The notes under the pieces are model-generated. The model did no database searches and was not told where the DNA came from. It worked only from the letters and a program-made list of their open reading frames with translations. From sequence record SRR31156797_10293: 45,217 nt of DNA; one strand, written 5' to 3'. This document shows positions 37,735-45,217 of the stretch, piece after piece. Positions within the stretch are counted from its first letter, which is position 1. Every line of letters starts with the position of its first letter. The position numbers were made by a program, and so were the translations under genes.

Positions 37735-38850
37735 CTATTTAAGCGATTTGATAATTTCACCAGCAATTTTATCAAGGGGTACTACGCTGTCTACCAGGCC
37801 AAGTTCAGCTGGAGCCTTAGGCATACCATAGACGACACATGATACCTCATTTTGTCCAATTATATAGGCATTTTTTTGGGTAAGCACCTGTAGTCCTTTT
37901 GTGCCGTCTGACCCCATTCCCGTCATAATGACAGCCGTTGTTCTGCCAACGTAAAAATCTCCAACTGAACGAAACAGATAATCGACAGAGGGCTTGCATG
38001 AGTTCTCAGGAGGGTCATCTGTAATTTTAACCAGGCGGTTCACTCCGTCTGCTGCTGCTGATAACTTCATCTGCTTTCCGCCTGGAGCAATATATGCCAC
38101 ATTTGCCAGGAGCGGTTCTCCGTTTTCAGCTTCCTTAACAGTTATTTGGCATTTTTTATTTAAGCTGGCCGCCAGCGACTTGGTAAAGACCGGGGGCATA
38201 TGCTGGACAATAACAATAGGTACGCCTATGTCTGCAGGAAGCATTGGCATCATACGTGCTAGAGCGTTAGGTCCACCTGTTGAGATACCAATAGCGATAA
38301 TTTCTGAACCGCTGCGAGGTGCTCGTTTATTAAGTTTACCTGGTGCGTTAATTTTTCTTTTTGCAGGGATAGAAGGGCGCGTGGTAGCTAATTGCCTTAC
38401 AACACGACGATTCTTCCTCACTTGGCCAATGGTTGTGCGACCTGTAATAAAAGCTTTTATTAACGGTGTGAGGTTTGCTTCCAGATATTTTTTACTTTCA
38501 GCAATGTTTGAAGTGCTTGGCTTAAGGATGAAGTCATATGCGCCAAGCTCGAGAGCCTTCATTGTCATATCCCCTCCTTCACTGGTTAAGGTGGAAACCA
38601 TAATCGCAGAGGTTCCAGGAGCAGATTTTTGTAAATATTGAAGAACCTCCAGGCCGTTCATCTCTGGCATCTCGATGTCAAGAGTTAACAGATCAGGCTT
38701 AAGATTCTTTATTTTAGAAATAGCAATTTTTCCATTATGCGCGACACCAACCACCTCAACACTTCGCATCCCTTTCAGGACATCACTCACTGCCTTGCGG
38801 TATACTATGGTGTCGTCAACAACCAGGACTTTAATTTTCTTTGTTAGCAT
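37735..38850 (-). CDS. cheB: Chemotaxis response regulator methylesterase
   Basis: REC domain (VDD, LDIEMP, KP); catalytic GISTGGP, VQHMP, MTGMGSDG; VVYGMP. Confidence 0.96.
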   Translation of the reverse strand: MLTKKIKVLVVDDTIVYRKAVSDVLKGMRSVEVVGVAHNGKIAISKIKNLKPDLLTLDIEMPEMNGLEVLQYLQKSAPGTSAIMVSTLTSEGGDMTMKALELGAYDFILKPSTSNIAESKKYLEANLTPLIKAFITGRTTIGQVRKNRRVVRQLATTRPSIPAKRKINAPGKLNKRAPRSGSEIIAIGISTGGPNALARMMPMLPADIGVPIVIVQHMPPVFTKSLAASLNKKCQITVKEAENGEPLLANVAYIAPGGKQMKLSAAADGVNRLVKITDDPPENSCKPSVDYLFRSVGDFYVGRTTAVIMTGMGSDGTKGLQVLTQKNAYIIGQNEVSCVVYGMPKAPAELGLVDSVVPLDKIAGEIIKSLK

Positions 38851-38870
38851 TTTGGTTTCTAGTAAACTGG

Positions 38871-39341
38871 TTACACGCGATTGATATTCTCTGTTTCCGT
38901 ACGAAGCACTTCTTTAATGTCAAGTACCCCTATAAGTTTATTGTCCGTTTTGTAGACGCCAGTAAAAAAAGTTCCTTGTATACCATTCATGTTCGCGGGC
39001 GCAGGTTCAATCATATCAGGTTCGGCCGCTACCACATCGCTTAATTTGTTAACCAGGAGTCCTACATATTCTCCAGGAGCATTGACTATGATATTTCGAG
39101 GGTCACTGCCGAGGTTAGTTTGCCCAAGGCCAAGTTTTTTCCCGAGATCAATTATGGTGACGATCTGCCCTCGAAGGTTCAAAATACCTTGTACGTAGTC
39201 TGGGGATTGAGGGACGATTGTCATCTCCATAAGCTTGTTTATTTCTTGAACTTTTAGGATATCCATACCGCACAGAGCGTCTCCCACATGAAAAGTGGCA
39301 AGTTCTATAACAGTCTTGTTGGATTGAGATGCTGGTTTCAT
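38871..39341 (-). CDS. cheW: Chemotaxis coupling protein CheW
   Basis: VQEI, VPQSPDYVQGILNLRGQIVTIIDL, GLLV. Confidence 0.95.
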   Translation of the reverse strand: MKPASQSNKTVIELATFHVGDALCGMDILKVQEINKLMEMTIVPQSPDYVQGILNLRGQIVTIIDLGKKLGLGQTNLGSDPRNIIVNAPGEYVGLLVNKLSDVVAAEPDMIEPAPANMNGIQGTFFTGVYKTDNKLIGVLDIKEVLRTETENINRV

Positions 39342-39386
39342 TATTTAAAATCTCCAAAGAGGATGAACTATCCTTTTATATAGAGA

Positions 39387-39417
39387 CCATTGCCATGTAT
39401 GTTGCCGCTGGCAATGG
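39387..39417. other. Inverted repeat between cheA and cheW
   Basis: CCATTGCCA (39387-39395) and TGGCAATGG (39409-39417), 13-nt loop. Confidence 0.45.
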
Positions 39418-39479
39418 GCAAATAAAAAGATTGGCAAAGATAAGAGTCTCATTACACGGTTGCCGATATTCTGACCCTA

Positions 39480-42353
39480 TCAATGAAAGGTGTTTTTCGG
39501 CTGGGCATATTTATGGACACTTTCCATAAGCCGTTCTTTATCGAGCTTGATATGATATTCGTCGACGCCTACAGACTTTCCACGTTCAATATCTTCGTCG
39601 GCAGCCAGTGTGGTAAGCGCAATAACAGGCAGTGCGCTGTATTCTGGATGCTGCTTAATTTTTTCAGTGAGTTCAAAACCATCCATATTGGGCATTTCTA
39701 TATCTGTAACAACCAACGTAATTTCGCTAAACTGTTCCTCAATGACTTGCAAGGCCTCAACGCCGTCTTCAGCTTCCAATACATTAAAGCCAACTTCTTC
39801 AAGATACCCCTTCACCTGGTTTCTAAAAAAATTGGAATCTTCAACTATCAAGACCGTAGGTGCTTCCACTTCTGTACCGAAGCGGTCTTCGATGGTCACG
39901 TCCTCAAACCATTGGGGGTTTATGGCCTGAACAATTTCAAAAATGTCAATTAGCATGGTTGTCTTGCCCCCAATAATAGCAGAACCCATGATGCCTGTCT
40001 GCTTAAGGGTGATATCATCAATGTCAGACGATATTTCAACGGCATCAATAGGGCCGGTGGCGAGCAGGCCGATATCCTTACCAGCTAGGTGAAAGACAAT
40101 GACCAAGTAGTTGTCTTGGACATCAAGAGGCTGCACCATGGCTACTTCATCTATGCTGATAAGGGGGAGACTGCCGCCGCGATACTGCATAACTCGGCGT
40201 CCAGCGACATCTTCAACGTCTGTGGATTTAATTTTTTCGACACGTTCTACCTGATTAAGTGGAACACCGAAATTTTCGACAGGCGAACTGGAAAAAGTGA
40301 GTAATGCTTGCCTATCTTTCGACTTGGTTATAGCTTCCTTATTAGCCTCTGCAAGTTTACTGGCCCTTTCTGATCCCTCAAGAGAGGTTAACCCCGCCAT
40401 TGAAGCAATACTGCTAACATCTAAGATGAGAGCGATCCTGCCGTCACCCATTATAGTGGCACCTGCATAACCTTTACATTGTTGGAGATGCCTGCCCAGA
40501 GGCTTGATCACAATTTCTTCTGAATCATGGAGACGATCAACGATAAGCCCATACTTCATGGCTCCGGTGGAAACAACTACTATATTTAGAGCACTTGCCG
40601 GGCTTTGACGTCGGTCAGACCGCCTTTTATCTTCTGGGGTGCCTCCATCTTTTGTGTCATTATCTTCACGCTCGGTGTCATTTTCAGGCAAAAGGATACC
40701 CGAACGTCGATCTGCATGATTCTCTCTGCGATCTTTAACCGTGACTTCTTTTACAGGGTCGAAAAAAGTGCGTTCTATGTCAAAGACATCAGACATGCGG
40801 ATGAGGGGCAAAAGATTGCCGCGTAATCGTACAACCTCCGCATTGCCAACTCTTTCAATACGTTCTGAAATTTTTGATGCCGGAATACGTAACAATTCTT
40901 CAAGGTTTACTTGGGGAATGGCGTAGCGTTCGCCACCAGTCATGATAATCTGACAAGGAATGATAGCCAGAGTGAGTGGAAGCTTGATGCTGATAGTGGA
41001 CCCCTTACCAACGTCTGATTCAATTTCAATTGAACCACCCAGTTGATCAAGGTTGGTCTTCACCACATCCATGCCTACGCCGCGGCCAGAGACATCGGTA
41101 ACTTTTTCGGCAGTAGAAAATCCAGGTAGAAGGATCAGGTTAATGCGTTCCTTTTCGGACATCACATTAGTTTGCTCTTGGGTGACCAAGCCTTTCTTTA
41201 TAGCAATTTCAGCAAGAACATCTCCGTCAATACCCTTGCCATCATCACTAATCTCTATAACGACCTGTCCTGCGGCATGATATGCTTTTAGAACTATAAG
41301 CCCTCTAGCATCTTTTCCTTTTGAAAGTCGATCTTGTGGGGATTCGATCCCGTGATCGACTGAATTACGGACAAGATGGGTGAGTGGATCATTGATCGCT
41401 TCAATGATTGTCTTGTCAAGTTCGACATCCTTGCCAACGATGGTAAGGTCAATTTGCTTGTTCAACTTTCCTGATAAGTCTCTAACGACTCGAGGAAATT
41501 TGTTAAATACGTTCCCGATGGGCTGCATTCTGGTGAGCATTATGGCTTCTTGAAGCTCTGACGTCACCAAGTCGATTCGCTGGCCTACAGTTTCAGCACT
41601 CCTGACATCGCCGGAGGTGATAGTTTGCAGGAGTTGGTTTCTGGAAAGAACGAGCTCCCCTGCCAGGTTCATTAGCTGGTCAAGTAAGCTAACTGTTACT
41701 CTGATTGAAGTATCCGGCTTAGTGGCAGACTTTTTTCTTTGTTTTTTACCGGTTGCCTGAACAACAGGAGAAGGTGCTAAATCATTTTCAATTTCCACTT
41801 CTGGGGCGAGTGTCCCGTTCTCTTCACTTACAGTTTCTTCTGGTACAGCCTCAATAATTTCCTCTGGAATGCTTTCTTCAACAGTTTCTTGGGTGACGGA
41901 TTCTTCTGCTGGTACTATTTCCTCTGCAACAGGTGGTGCTTGACTTGCAGCTGATTTTGGCGCTTCACCTTGCTCATAGATTATGTTGAGCGCTTCGACA
42001 TTGGAGGAAATGTTCGCCTTGTTACTGTTACCTATATCTTCGATGAGTTGTTGTAATTGGTCAGAAGACATTAACAGAATATTAACTATCTCAGGGGTAG
42101 GGATAAGTTTTTCACTGCGAATAAGACCGAGTACATTTTCAGCTGCATGGGCAAGATCCTGGATTACTGTCAGTCCCATAAACCCTGCGCCGCCTTTTAT
42201 GGAATGAGCAGCACGAAATACTTTGTTTACCAAGTCAACATCTATATCAGCTCCCCCCTCTTCAATGGCGAGGAGGTCGTTTTCTATATCAGCAAGATGT
42301 TCAAGAGATTCCTCTATAAAACCCTGTAATATTTCGTCATCTTCAAAAGTCAT
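39480..42353 (-). CDS. cheA: Hybrid chemotaxis histidine kinase CheA (Hpt-dimer-HATPase-CheW-CheW-REC)
   Basis: FRAAHSIKG Hpt, LMNLAGELV, HLVRNSVDHGIE, DDGKG, PGFSTA, SGRGVGMDVV, two CheW-like domains and a C-terminal REC (IVEDS, VTDIEMP); AGGAG SD. Confidence 0.96.
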   Translation of the reverse strand: MTFEDDEILQGFIEESLEHLADIENDLLAIEEGGADIDVDLVNKVFRAAHSIKGGAGFMGLTVIQDLAHAAENVLGLIRSEKLIPTPEIVNILLMSSDQLQQLIEDIGNSNKANISSNVEALNIIYEQGEAPKSAASQAPPVAEEIVPAEESVTQETVEESIPEEIIEAVPEETVSEENGTLAPEVEIENDLAPSPVVQATGKKQRKKSATKPDTSIRVTVSLLDQLMNLAGELVLSRNQLLQTITSGDVRSAETVGQRIDLVTSELQEAIMLTRMQPIGNVFNKFPRVVRDLSGKLNKQIDLTIVGKDVELDKTIIEAINDPLTHLVRNSVDHGIESPQDRLSKGKDARGLIVLKAYHAAGQVVIEISDDGKGIDGDVLAEIAIKKGLVTQEQTNVMSEKERINLILLPGFSTAEKVTDVSGRGVGMDVVKTNLDQLGGSIEIESDVGKGSTISIKLPLTLAIIPCQIIMTGGERYAIPQVNLEELLRIPASKISERIERVGNAEVVRLRGNLLPLIRMSDVFDIERTFFDPVKEVTVKDRRENHADRRSGILLPENDTEREDNDTKDGGTPEDKRRSDRRQSPASALNIVVVSTGAMKYGLIVDRLHDSEEIVIKPLGRHLQQCKGYAGATIMGDGRIALILDVSSIASMAGLTSLEGSERASKLAEANKEAITKSKDRQALLTFSSSPVENFGVPLNQVERVEKIKSTDVEDVAGRRVMQYRGGSLPLISIDEVAMVQPLDVQDNYLVIVFHLAGKDIGLLATGPIDAVEISSDIDDITLKQTGIMGSAIIGGKTTMLIDIFEIVQAINPQWFEDVTIEDRFGTEVEAPTVLIVEDSNFFRNQVKGYLEEVGFNVLEAEDGVEALQVIEEQFSEITLVVTDIEMPNMDGFELTEKIKQHPEYSALPVIALTTLAADEDIERGKSVGVDEYHIKLDKERLMESVHKYAQPKNTFH

Positions 42354-42834
42354 AAGTAGTTCTCCTGCAGGACTAAAGCGTGCTTGCGGCCTGATTATCA
42401 GGCAAGGTGTAAATCAGCTGCACATACCCTTATTGGCGTTCACTGTTGTTCAAGTATATTTGTATTGTACGTATCGTTAACTGGTTGTACAGTTTTTTTT
42501 CCATGTTTAAAAACAAAGAGAACTATGAAGCGTCCTGGCATCGCTCTGAGTACCTGAATTGGTAGCTACTTAATAGGCGCACTTTTGAAGCCGTAAATAA
42601 AATGAGCATTTAAAAAATACTACGGTGTCCCGTTACGGACTGAGGCGGTTAGCTGGTGATGACGGCAAAGGGAGGGCAATATTTGAAATTATGCCGGGAA
42701 GCAGGGAAAGGGATGGGCCCGCTTGTTACTTCACAAATAAAAGTTTGGCCTGTAGGATTGTTTCCTGCAATACAGCTGTTGGCTGTCTGTCGTAATGAAG
42801 GAGATATCCTGCAGGCCAGGATGGTCAATAATAA

Positions 42835-43275
42835 TCAGTGGCCAATCGCGTGGAGTTTAACCTTATACGTTATAGACTTACCTGCAAGGGGATGGTTGTA
42901 ATCGATGGTTACAGATTCGTTGCTAACCCCAAGGACAGTCGCTGGAACCTGCTGTTCTTGGCCATCTTTTTCGATGGAAAGGGAGAGGATCATGCCTGGG
43001 CGCGGCTTTATTTTGTCGCCAAAGCTTTCAAGGGGAACTTCATGAACAAGAGCTTTATGGTAAAGGCCGTATGCATCTTCTGGGAAAATTGTAACGGTCC
43101 TTGAATCGTTGGGTTCCATTCCCAACATGGATGCTTCTACAGCCTGGAGAATTCTGCCCGAACCGATTGAAACGGGAATCGGTTTAGATTCCGGTACACT
43201 TTCTACAACTTCACCGGAGTCTAAGGAGGCAGTATAGCTAACTAAAACACTATCTGTAATTTGCACAGGGCACAT
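42835..43275 (-). CDS. FKBP-type peptidyl-prolyl isomerase (short SlyD/SlpA type)
   Basis: V-x-Y, G-x-GRIL, PEDAYG, IF insert domain, IDYNHPLAGK; lacks the His-rich SlyD tail. Confidence 0.92.
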   Translation of the reverse strand: MCPVQITDSVLVSYTASLDSGEVVESVPESKPIPVSIGSGRILQAVEASMLGMEPNDSRTVTIFPEDAYGLYHKALVHEVPLESFGDKIKPRPGMILSLSIEKDGQEQQVPATVLGVSNESVTIDYNHPLAGKSITYKVKLHAIGH

Positions 43276-43642
43276 TTTTTTGTTCCTTATGTTAAATGGG
43301 TTAAAAATTTATTCTGTATCATAAACATCCTGCAAAGGTTTGACAATAGTAGTGGGGCTATAAGTCTGGGGTTGACAAAGTTGGCAGGAGGGCATAGATA
43401 TCCTGTGCCGAACTCTTTAGTGTAAATTATGAGTGATTTGTCAAAAAAAGCAAACAAGCAGTCATTTGTCCTCCTTTGTCCCCTGTTTCAATGTACCATT
43501 GGCAATGGGTCAAGGTTTCGCACCACTTGTCCTTCACAGCAGGCAGTCCCATTTTGTCGGGTGCATAGATATTTACTCCTGATTTATTTCGTCAAAAATC
43601 AAACAGCATGGTCGAATTACAACGACTATAAGCCACTGCAGC

Positions 43643-44038
43643 ATGAAAAAAAATATGATAGAATTAGATTTTTCAAAAGATAAAAACGGGTTACTTCCAG
43701 CTATCGTGCAAGATCATGAAAGTGGTCAAGTGTTGATGCTTGCATACATTAACCAGCTCGCCTGGGAAAAGACGCTTGAAACTGGCAAAGCTCATTATTG
43801 GAGTCGCAGCAGGAGTAAACTTTGGCTTAAGGGTGAATCTTCAGGTCACGTGCAGATGATTAAAGCTATATCGGTGGACTGTGACTTGGATACGGTTGTT
43901 TTTCAAGTGGAACAGCTTGGTGGCGCTGCTTGTCACAAAGGATATCGCAGCTGTTTTTACAGGACTGTTGAAAAGGAACGACTCGTCATCGGTGAAGAGA
44001 GGGTGTTTGACCCCGAAGAAGTATATGGCAAAAAGTGA
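43643..44038 (+). CDS. hisI: Phosphoribosyl-AMP cyclohydrolase (monofunctional)
   Basis: [47 protein letters not shown]. Confidence 0.96.
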   Translation: MKKNMIELDFSKDKNGLLPAIVQDHESGQVLMLAYINQLAWEKTLETGKAHYWSRSRSKLWLKGESSGHVQMIKAISVDCDLDTVVFQVEQLGGAACHKGYRSCFYRTVEKERLVIGEERVFDPEEVYGKK

Positions 44039-44186
44039 AGATGGCCTGGGGAATATTTCATTGGTTAAGGTTAAGCCATGTGAGATAAGTGACATTCCTT
44101 ATATGTGCCAAGGATAGAGATCGTCAAAGTAATTCTACAGAACATCCAAACGTTCTGGTTCGTAATATTAGTAAATGAGGAACTAA

Positions 44187-45059
44187 ATGAGTTTGTTAAA
44201 ATTAGGTATACCCAAAGGCAGTCTTGAGAAGGCAACTATAGAGCTTTTTGCAAAATCCGGATGGCAGATTAAGTTAATGTCCCGGAATTATTTTCCGGAG
44301 ATCGATGATAACGAATTGTCATGTTCAATCTGTCGACCCCAGGAGATGTCTCGGTACGTCGAATCTGGAATGCTTGATGCCGGTATAACGGGAAAAGATT
44401 GGACACTGGAAAACGACTCAGACGTTGAGGTCGTTGCTAATTTGGTTTATTCGAAGGTCAGTCAGAAACCAACCCGATGGGTTATTGCTGTTCCAGGGAA
44501 CTCCGACATTACAACTGTGGAACAACTGGAAGGTAAAAAGATATCTACCGAGCTTGTCAATGTTACCCGCCGGTTTTTTGAACAAAGAGGACTCAATGTA
44601 GATATTTCTTTTTCCTGGGGAGCAACTGAGGCAAAAGCTGTGTCAGGTCTTGCAGATGCCATCGTTGAGGTAACTGAAACAGAAACAACGATCCGGGCGC
44701 ATGGTCTTCGAGTTATTCACGAGCTCATGGAATCAAATGTTCAGCTGATCGCAAATAAAAGTGCACTTGCAGATCCGTGGAAACGTGACAAAATAGACAG
44801 CATGGTTATGTTGCTCGAGGGAGCACTTAACGCAGACCGTATAGTTGGCCTAAAAATGAACGTCGCAGCTGAGAAGCTTGATACTATCATAAACCTTTTA
44901 CCCAGCCTGAACGCGCCTACTGTTGCACAGCTCTACAAACAAGAATGGTTTTCGGTAGAAACTGTTATTTCCGAGCACCAGGTTAGAGACCTGGTACCGC
45001 AGCTAAAGAAAGCCGGGGCAGAAGGTATAATCGAATACACCCTTAATAAAGTCATTTAG
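44187..45059 (+). CDS. hisG: ATP phosphoribosyltransferase, long form
   Basis: LGIPKGSL, RPQEM, DAGITGKDW, GATE, ADAIVEVTETETT; C-terminal regulatory domain (APTV...GAEGIIE); GAGGA SD. Confidence 0.96.
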   Translation: MSLLKLGIPKGSLEKATIELFAKSGWQIKLMSRNYFPEIDDNELSCSICRPQEMSRYVESGMLDAGITGKDWTLENDSDVEVVANLVYSKVSQKPTRWVIAVPGNSDITTVEQLEGKKISTELVNVTRRFFEQRGLNVDISFSWGATEAKAVSGLADAIVEVTETETTIRAHGLRVIHELMESNVQLIANKSALADPWKRDKIDSMVMLLEGALNADRIVGLKMNVAAEKLDTIINLLPSLNAPTVAQLYKQEWFSVETVISEHQVRDLVPQLKKAGAEGIIEYTLNKVI

Positions 45060-45188
45060 TGCCTGTGCATTATTTGTATTTTGGGGCCGATAACGGCATT
45101 GTGTTTAAAATTTTATCCTCTTGGATTAGTGAACGAAGTGAGACTTCTATATCGACTATTCACCTGCGGTAAAATTTTAAACATGCTC

Positions 45189-45217
45189 GGAGTCTTCGCT
45201 TACCTGGAGTCTTCGCT
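45189..45217. repeat. Direct repeat GGAGTCTTCGCT x2 (17-nt period) at the window end
   Basis: Identical 12-mers at 45189-45200 and 45206-45217; truncated by the window edge. Confidence 0.6.

Noticed and set aside
37994..38641. 215-aa plus-strand ORF
   Set aside because: Lies entirely antisense to well-supported cheB and has no recognisable motifs; a shadow ORF.
42354..42834. c-di-GMP riboswitch or FliA promoter upstream of cheA
   Set aside because: No GEMM-type GGCAAA...GAAA...GACGCAAAG arrangement on the minus strand. The best FliA-like match (AAAA-N15-AACGATAC, 42497-42471) is too degenerate to call.
43276..43642. Possible histidine attenuator or 84-aa ORF (43429-43683) upstream of hisI
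   Set aside because: No His-codon run, no terminator with a U-tract and no convincing SD. Two TTGACA hexamers are present but lack a well-spaced consensus -10.
45086..45093. Perfect FliA -10 box GCCGATAA
   Set aside because: No TAAA -35 at the right spacing; better explained as part of a small GCCG-ATAA-CGGC hairpin after hisG.
45189..45217. Start of a CRISPR array
   Set aside because: The 12-nt repeat and 5-nt spacer are far too short, and no cas genes are in the window.

Overview
Mostly core-genome DNA from a bacterium; gene content and order suggest Desulfobacterota, probably Desulfobulbales/Desulfocapsaceae-like (inference). The window opens inside a tRNA (probably Arg) and carries about 38 protein genes. 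These cover folC, a PcrA/UvrD helicase, a diguanylate cyclase, nagZ, yaaA, lipid A genes (lpxB with a GnnA-like dehydrogenase, lpxK, lpxC) split by a livKHMGF transporter, proC-nadK, and an orphan sigma54 response regulator. Further along are a CbbQ/NorQ AAA+ / NorD-CbbO VWA / Sel1 operon, dusB, leuS-lptE, rpsF-rpsR-DUF2232-rplI-dnaB, a mazG-like gene, cheA-cheW-cheB-cheR, an FKBP PPIase, hisI and hisG. I found no CRISPR array, prophage, transposase or clear defence island. The most interesting signals are: (i) the NorQ/NorD-type chaperone pair with no client gene nearby, coupled to an exported Sel1 protein; (ii) a full sigma54 promoter layout on lpxC, and a similar one on the diguanylate cyclase; (iii) an Arg-rich DRR-repeat insert in CheA that may bind c-di-GMP; (iv) an unannotated 34-codon ORF with a perfect Shine-Dalgarno and an internal terminator-like hairpin upstream of yaaA; (v) several structured intergenic regions. 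All calls come from motif recognition by eye; no database searches were run.
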